Assembly (NCBI GenBank): GCA_020072965.1
Contig: JAIQFY010000017.1
Coordinates: 17,604-81,603, forward strand
Direction: 5' to 3'
DNA length: 64,000 bases
Origin: Terriglobia bacterium
GTDB taxonomy: Bacteria; Acidobacteriota; Terriglobia; JAIQFV01
The notes beneath the pieces were generated by a model. The model saw only the letters and a program-made list of their open reading frames with translations. It was not told the DNA's origin and did not search any database. Positions 60,180 through 64,000 of the stretch are shown here, in pieces. The position numbers and the translations under genes were made by a program. The first letter of the stretch is position 1, and each line of letters starts with the position of its first letter.

Positions 60180-60377
60180 CAGTTGTCAGTTGTCAGTTCT
60201 CAGTTGTCAGTGAGGAGCTGTCAGCATTCAGCTATTAGCCATCAGCTGGAATCGGATTCAAATGACTGGAAACAACGAAGTGCTCGAGTCTCTTGATATG
60301 TCTCACTCTAATCATAGCTGACTGCTGATAGCAGATAGCTGACGGCTAGTTGCTGACAACTGAGAACTGACAACTGT
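60180..60377. repeat. CAGTTST element with conserved core, forward orientation
   Basis: cagttgtcagttgtcagttctcagttgtcagt...ctcgagtctcttgatatgtctcactctaatcatagctga...ctgacaactgagaactgacaactg. Confidence 0.85.
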
Positions 60378-60401
60378 ATTTCCAACTTCACCCCCGGGGG
60401 A

Positions 60402-61070
60402 ATGATGATCAAACTCGTTGATTTAGAGAAGTTCTATGCTCATGGCGTATCAAAGACGTTCGTGCTGCGGCGCGTGAGTTTTGAAGTTCAGGAGGGAGAG
60501 TTCGTCTCGATCATGGGCCCGTCGGGCGCGGGCAAATCCACGGTGCTCCATATCCTGGGGATGTACGACAGCGACTGGAGCGGCGAATTCTATTTTCTGG
60601 ATCAGCCGATTCACAAGCTCGACAAGAAGAAGCGGGCGGAATTCAACAAGAAGTATGTCGGCTTCGTTTTTCAAAGCTATCACCTGCTCGATAACCTGAC
60701 GGTCTATGAAAATCTCGAAATTCCCCTGTCTTACCGGGACGTCAAGAAGAGTCAACGAGAGAGCATCGTCTGCGATGTTCTGGACCGGTTTCAAATTGTC
60801 GGAAAGAAGGATCTGTTCCCCAATCAACTTTCCGGCGGACAGCAGCAACTGGTTGCCGTCGCCCGGGCGGTGATTGCCAATCCCAAAGTCATTCTCGCCG
60901 ACGAGCCCACGGGAAACCTTCACTCCAGCCAGGGCGAGGAGATCATGGAACTTTTCAAGAAGCTGAATTCCGAGGGAACCACTATCATCCAAGTCACTCA
61001 CTCCGAAAGGAACGCCTCTTACGGCAGCCGCATCATCAATCTCCGCGACGGATGGGTCGTGAATGATTAG
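60402..61070 (+). CDS. ABC ATP-binding protein (MacB/LolD-type), second copy
   Basis: [30 protein letters not shown]. Confidence 0.95.
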   Translation: MMIKLVDLEKFYAHGVSKTFVLRRVSFEVQEGEFVSIMGPSGAGKSTVLHILGMYDSDWSGEFYFLDQPIHKLDKKKRAEFNKKYVGFVFQSYHLLDNLTVYENLEIPLSYRDVKKSQRESIVCDVLDRFQIVGKKDLFPNQLSGGQQQLVAVARAVIANPKVILADEPTGNLHSSQGEEIMELFKKLNSEGTTIIQVTHSERNASYGSRIINLRDGWVVND

Positions 61071-61082
61071 GGTTTCTGGTGG

Positions 61083-61212
61083 GGGTGCCGCAGGCATCGT
61101 GCTCTTTACGATGCCTGCGCCGGGTTCCCGATGAGATCAGTGGCTGTTCCCGCAATGTCCCTGAAACGACAGCTGGGGTGCCGCAGGCATCGCGCTCCTG
61201 GCAATGCCTGCG
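61083..61212. repeat. Two copies of the GGGTGCCGCAGGCAT-N13-ATGCCTGCG hairpin
   Basis: 61083-61119 and 61176-61212. Confidence 0.85.
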
Positions 61213-61302
61213 CTGGAACCCTGTTCAAACACGCTCTGCTAGCCCCGCCCCGATAATCCCCTACCTCCTCCTACGGATTTATTGTAGATACTGGTATTCC
61301 GC

Positions 61303-61340
61303 TTGTATCATAATGCTATCAGCGTTATAATATCATTATG
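61303..61340 (+). promoter_or_regulatory. Sigma70 promoter with overlapping inverted repeat (toxin-antitoxin operator candidate)
   Basis: TTGTAT (61303)-17 nt-TATAAT (61326). CATAATG (61309-61315) and CATTATG (61334-61340) form an inverted pair. Confidence 0.6.
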
Positions 61341-61547
61341 GACGCGATCACCTTCTCTTGGGATGAGGCGAAGGGGAGGGAGAACCTGCGCAAGCACAAG
61401 GTCCCATTCGAAGGGGCGGGTTGGTCGTGCATGAACTTCCGAACCGATTGTAAAGCATGATCGCGGGTATTTAACCATTCCTCTGGCAACTGACCACTGA
61501 GAACTGACAACTTTTATGAGCGGAAACAACACGGGAGTTTTTTATGA
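61338..61547 (+). pseudogene. brnT: Disrupted BrnT (DUF497) toxin
   Basis: MDAITFSWDEAKGRENLRKHKVPFE, then a stop at 61458-61460 and a heptamer arm at 61484-61512. An in-frame C-terminal remnant ERKQHGSFL* overlaps the brnA ATG (ATGA). Confidence 0.7.
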
Positions 61548-61756
61548 GAAAGGAATACGACTTTTCAAAATCTGTCAAAAACCCCTATGCCAAACACCTG
61601 AAAAAACAGGTCACGCTTCGCCTGGGGGTGGACGTGATTGAGTACTTCAAAGTGCTGGCTCAGGAGACAGGCGTTCCCTACCAGAACTTGATCAATCTCT
61701 ACCTCAAGGAATGCGCGCACTCGGGAAAGAAACTCACTCTCAAGTGGGCGTCCTGA
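61544..61756 (+). CDS. brnA: BrnA-family (CopG/RHH) antitoxin
   Basis: MRKEYDFSKSVKNPYAKHLKKQVTLRL..DVIEYFK......G.PYQNLIN.YL. Confidence 0.85.
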   Translation: MRKEYDFSKSVKNPYAKHLKKQVTLRLGVDVIEYFKVLAQETGVPYQNLINLYLKECAHSGKKLTLKWAS

Positions 61757-61843
61757 TGTAAGGATGGAAACGGCGCTACGATCTAAGTTACTTCTGACGA
61801 TCGGATGGGCCCACTTTGATCACCCAAAATGGACCCCCCGCCC

Positions 61844-61899
61844 CATCCCTGAAAGGGATGCCTTCAAAAGCCCAGGGTTGCGTTGTGTGCAACCCTGGG
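61844..61899. repeat. REP-like palindromes
   Basis: catccctgaaagggatg and cccagggttgc-N7-gcaaccctggg. Confidence 0.7.
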
Positions 61900-62425
61900 T
61901 ATGGGACCGTTTATTGGACCAAATTAACTCTGAAGGAGTTACGTCATCGTGCTGGCGCGATAGGACTCTCTCGGCGTCAGGATTCAAATTGAGAGGAACA
62001 TCATGTGGCGCATGAAAGGACGGCAGCCCGATACGAGAGGAAACAACACATGAGCCTTCTGTGACGAAGGAACCAGAGCGTGTCAAAGTACTGCATTCGG
62101 CATGAGTGAAAACTTCTCCCGACTTGATACGGAATTAAAGAATGCGGAGCTCTGACCCTCAGACTTCCCTTTCTGCCAGCCTCCCCCCACGGACTGTGTG
62201 GTTCGGGGCATCTGGTTGCGGCGAGCGCGGAATCGACGGTCCTGTGTGAATTCAGGGAAGAGCCCCCACCGGGCACAGAGCACCCGCCGTGGCTACCAAG
62301 GCCCTGGGAATCGCAACCGTCGGCTGAAATCCGCGTGGCAGCGATGCCAAACTCATCTGTACCTTACTGTGGTTGTCCTCAAAGCTTCGTTGACCTATAA
62401 ACATTTCCGGTTTCTCCCCTAACCG

Positions 62426-63028
62426 ATGGCCATCGACTCCAGTCTAATGAATCGGATGGAAGGGAATGATGCGGCTGCCGTGGCTCAGGTGTTGGCTGGC
62501 GATGAGGATGCCTACCGCATCCTCGTCGAGCGGCACAGCCGCAGTATCTTCCGCCTGGCATATCGCATGACGGCCAATGAACAAGACGCCGAGGATGTGG
62601 TGCAGGAAACGTTCCTTCGCGCCTACCGGCAACTGAAGCGGTTTGAATCGCGGTCCAATTTCGGCACCTGGCTGTATCGCATCGCGGTGAATTGTTCGCT
62701 GGATCTTATCCGAAAGCGACGGCGGCACGACGAGCCTCCGACGGAGCCATCCTCCGAGGAAGAAACCATGTATCAACTGAGGGACGAACGCCCCACGCCG
62801 GATCGAATGGTTTTGGGCGCTGAAATACAGAAGAAAGTGGACACCGTGCTCTCAACCCTGGGCCCCAAAGAAAGGGCCGCGTTTTCGCTGAGGCACTATG
62901 ACGGGATGAGCATTGAGGAAATAGGGGTGGTGTTGGGGGTACGCCCGAGCGCAATTAAGAACAGCATCTTCCGCGCCGTGCAGAAACTGCGGCGCGAATT
63001 ACAGCCTGTGGTTCATTTGACTCCATGA
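62426..63028 (+). CDS. ECF RNA polymerase sigma factor
   Basis: DAEDVVQETFLRAY, FGTWLYRIAVNCSLD, region 4 SIEEIG.VLG...SAIKNSIFRAVQKLR. Confidence 0.93.
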   Translation: MAIDSSLMNRMEGNDAAAVAQVLAGDEDAYRILVERHSRSIFRLAYRMTANEQDAEDVVQETFLRAYRQLKRFESRSNFGTWLYRIAVNCSLDLIRKRRRHDEPPTEPSSEEETMYQLRDERPTPDRMVLGAEIQKKVDTVLSTLGPKERAAFSLRHYDGMSIEEIGVVLGVRPSAIKNSIFRAVQKLRRELQPVVHLTP

Positions 63029-63780
63029 AACATCTGACGGAAGAACAAATCATCCTTTATTACTACCGCGACCTCGCCGGGAAGGCGACCGTTGAGGCGC
63101 ACCTGGCCCTGTGTGGTGAATGTCGTCGCCAACTCGAGGACGTGCGGGCCACGCTGGATACCGTGGGGTCTTCGACCGTTCCGGACCGGGCGGAAAACTA
63201 CGGCGCTGAAGTGTGGACACGCCTTCGACCCCGCCTGGAGAGGCCTCCCCGCATGGACTGGATGGCACTTATTCAGCCACGCCGATTGGCCGCCCTTGCA
63301 ACCGTCGCCGCCCTCTTAGTCGTGGCATTTCTGACCGGCCGATATTGGCCAAGACCAGAAGTGTCCCCGCCTCTGGCGATCTCGGCGCAGGCGCAGGACC
63401 GGATTTTCCTTCTTGCAGTCGGGGAGCACCTGGACCGTTCTCAAAGCGTGCTGCTGGAATTGTTAAATACCCCATCGGGAGGACCCGTCGATATCTCTTC
63501 CGAACAGCAGCGGGCTGAAGACCTGGTCGCCGCGAACCGCATCTACCGCCAGACGGCGACACGTGCGGGAGAGCCGGGAATCGCAAATGTCCTGGATGAC
63601 CTCGAGCGAGTCCTGCTTGAAGTGGCCCGCGGTCCCTCGGAGCTGTCGGCCGCGGATCTTGAGGAAGTCCGGCAACGGATCGAAAATCAGGGAATTCTTT
63701 TTAAAGTACGGGTGACGGACTCGACCGTGCACGAGCGGGAACGGGAAGGCGTGCCGGGATCGGTCACCGGGAAGATTTAG
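63025..63780 (+). CDS. Zinc-binding anti-sigma factor (ZAS) with single TM and C-terminal helical domain
   Basis: HLALCGEC (HxxxCxxC), TM LAALATVAALLVVAFLTG. ATGA overlap with the sigma gene. Confidence 0.85.
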   Translation: MKHLTEEQIILYYYRDLAGKATVEAHLALCGECRRQLEDVRATLDTVGSSTVPDRAENYGAEVWTRLRPRLERPPRMDWMALIQPRRLAALATVAALLVVAFLTGRYWPRPEVSPPLAISAQAQDRIFLLAVGEHLDRSQSVLLELLNTPSGGPVDISSEQQRAEDLVAANRIYRQTATRAGEPGIANVLDDLERVLLEVARGPSELSAADLEEVRQRIENQGILFKVRVTDSTVHEREREGVPGSVTGKI

Positions 63781-63842
63781 CCTGGGATCCGTGAAATTCA
63801 GCTGGTTTCTGGTTCAGTCGAAGATCTGTCGCTCTGGATACT

Positions 63843-63902
63843 GAAGTCGGAAGCAAGAAGCCGGAAGTCGGAAATCAGAAGTCGGATGTCAGAAGTCGGA
63901 GT
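63843..63902. repeat. Heptamer tandem tract (GAAGTCR)n
   Basis: gaagtcggaagcaagaagccggaagtcggaaatcagaagtcggatgtcagaagtcgga. Confidence 0.85.
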
Positions 63903-63989
63903 GCGGAGGTGGCATCGGGAACAGCGTCACCAAGGGTTGGAACGGTTCTGCACTGATTTAACAATTTAGAGTTTGTCACGGGAGCCCAC

Positions 63990-64000
63990 ATGAAAAAGAT
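63990..64000 (+). CDS. Start of a CDS cut off by the window edge
   Basis: ggag RBS followed by ATGAAAAAGAT. Confidence 0.4.

Noticed and set aside
49757-60321. Homologous micro-ORFs in the element cores (MTRIKEILEFFDMFHSNPS at 49757-49816, MTGNNEVLESLDMSHSNHS at 60262-60321, and a 22-aa version on the minus strand at 54174-54242)
   Set aside because: Differences between the first two are almost all non-synonymous, the stop comes from the repeat arm, and there is no clear RBS. DNA-level homology explains them better than a conserved peptide.
42438-60377. CRISPR array or integron attC interpretation of the intergenic repeats
   Set aside because: There is no constant repeat with uniform spacers, no cas genes and no integron integrase in the window. 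The arms are heptamer tracts and I could not identify attC R/L box geometry.
1-64000. tRNA, rRNA, transposase, integrase or prophage genes
   Set aside because: None recognised. Any mobility inferred for the repeat elements would need enzymes encoded elsewhere.

Overview
A 64-kb bacterial chromosomal segment. The ADOP-type permease paralogues and the overall gene content point to Acidobacteriota, which is an inference. I saw no rRNA, tRNA, CRISPR array, integrase or transposase. The left half is a mosaic of accessory genes: an exported kinase-like protein, a Lys/Arg-rich/acidic protein, a repeat-flanked two-gene cassette, a Mesh1-like HD hydrolase, a CstB-like MBL-rhodanese, a PLP decarboxylase, EthD, a sugar ABC transporter with an exported GH38 mannosidase, decayed ArsR/DUF4287/DUF5655 genes, an MFS transporter, a methyltransferase, a LolA-like protein, a VPS10/BNR protein and a GT-C-like membrane protein. 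The right half (34.8-61.1 kb) is a co-oriented locus with seven divergent ~800-850 aa duplicated MacB/FtsX (ADOP) permeases, one membrane-fusion protein, two ABC ATPases, a REC-GAF-PP2C protein, DUF2911, DoxX and an exported methyltransferase; an eighth ADOP lies alone at 5.5-8 kb. Many intergenic gaps, especially in that locus, hold long inverted-repeat elements built from 7-nt repeats, and some share conserved cores in either orientation. Two neighbouring permeases share a 77/79-nt identical segment spanning their stop codons. The window ends with a broken BrnT plus intact BrnA pair and an ECF sigma/zinc anti-sigma pair. The best candidate for an undescribed system is the permease array with homogenised gene ends and heptamer hairpin spacers, which looks like a recombining cassette array.
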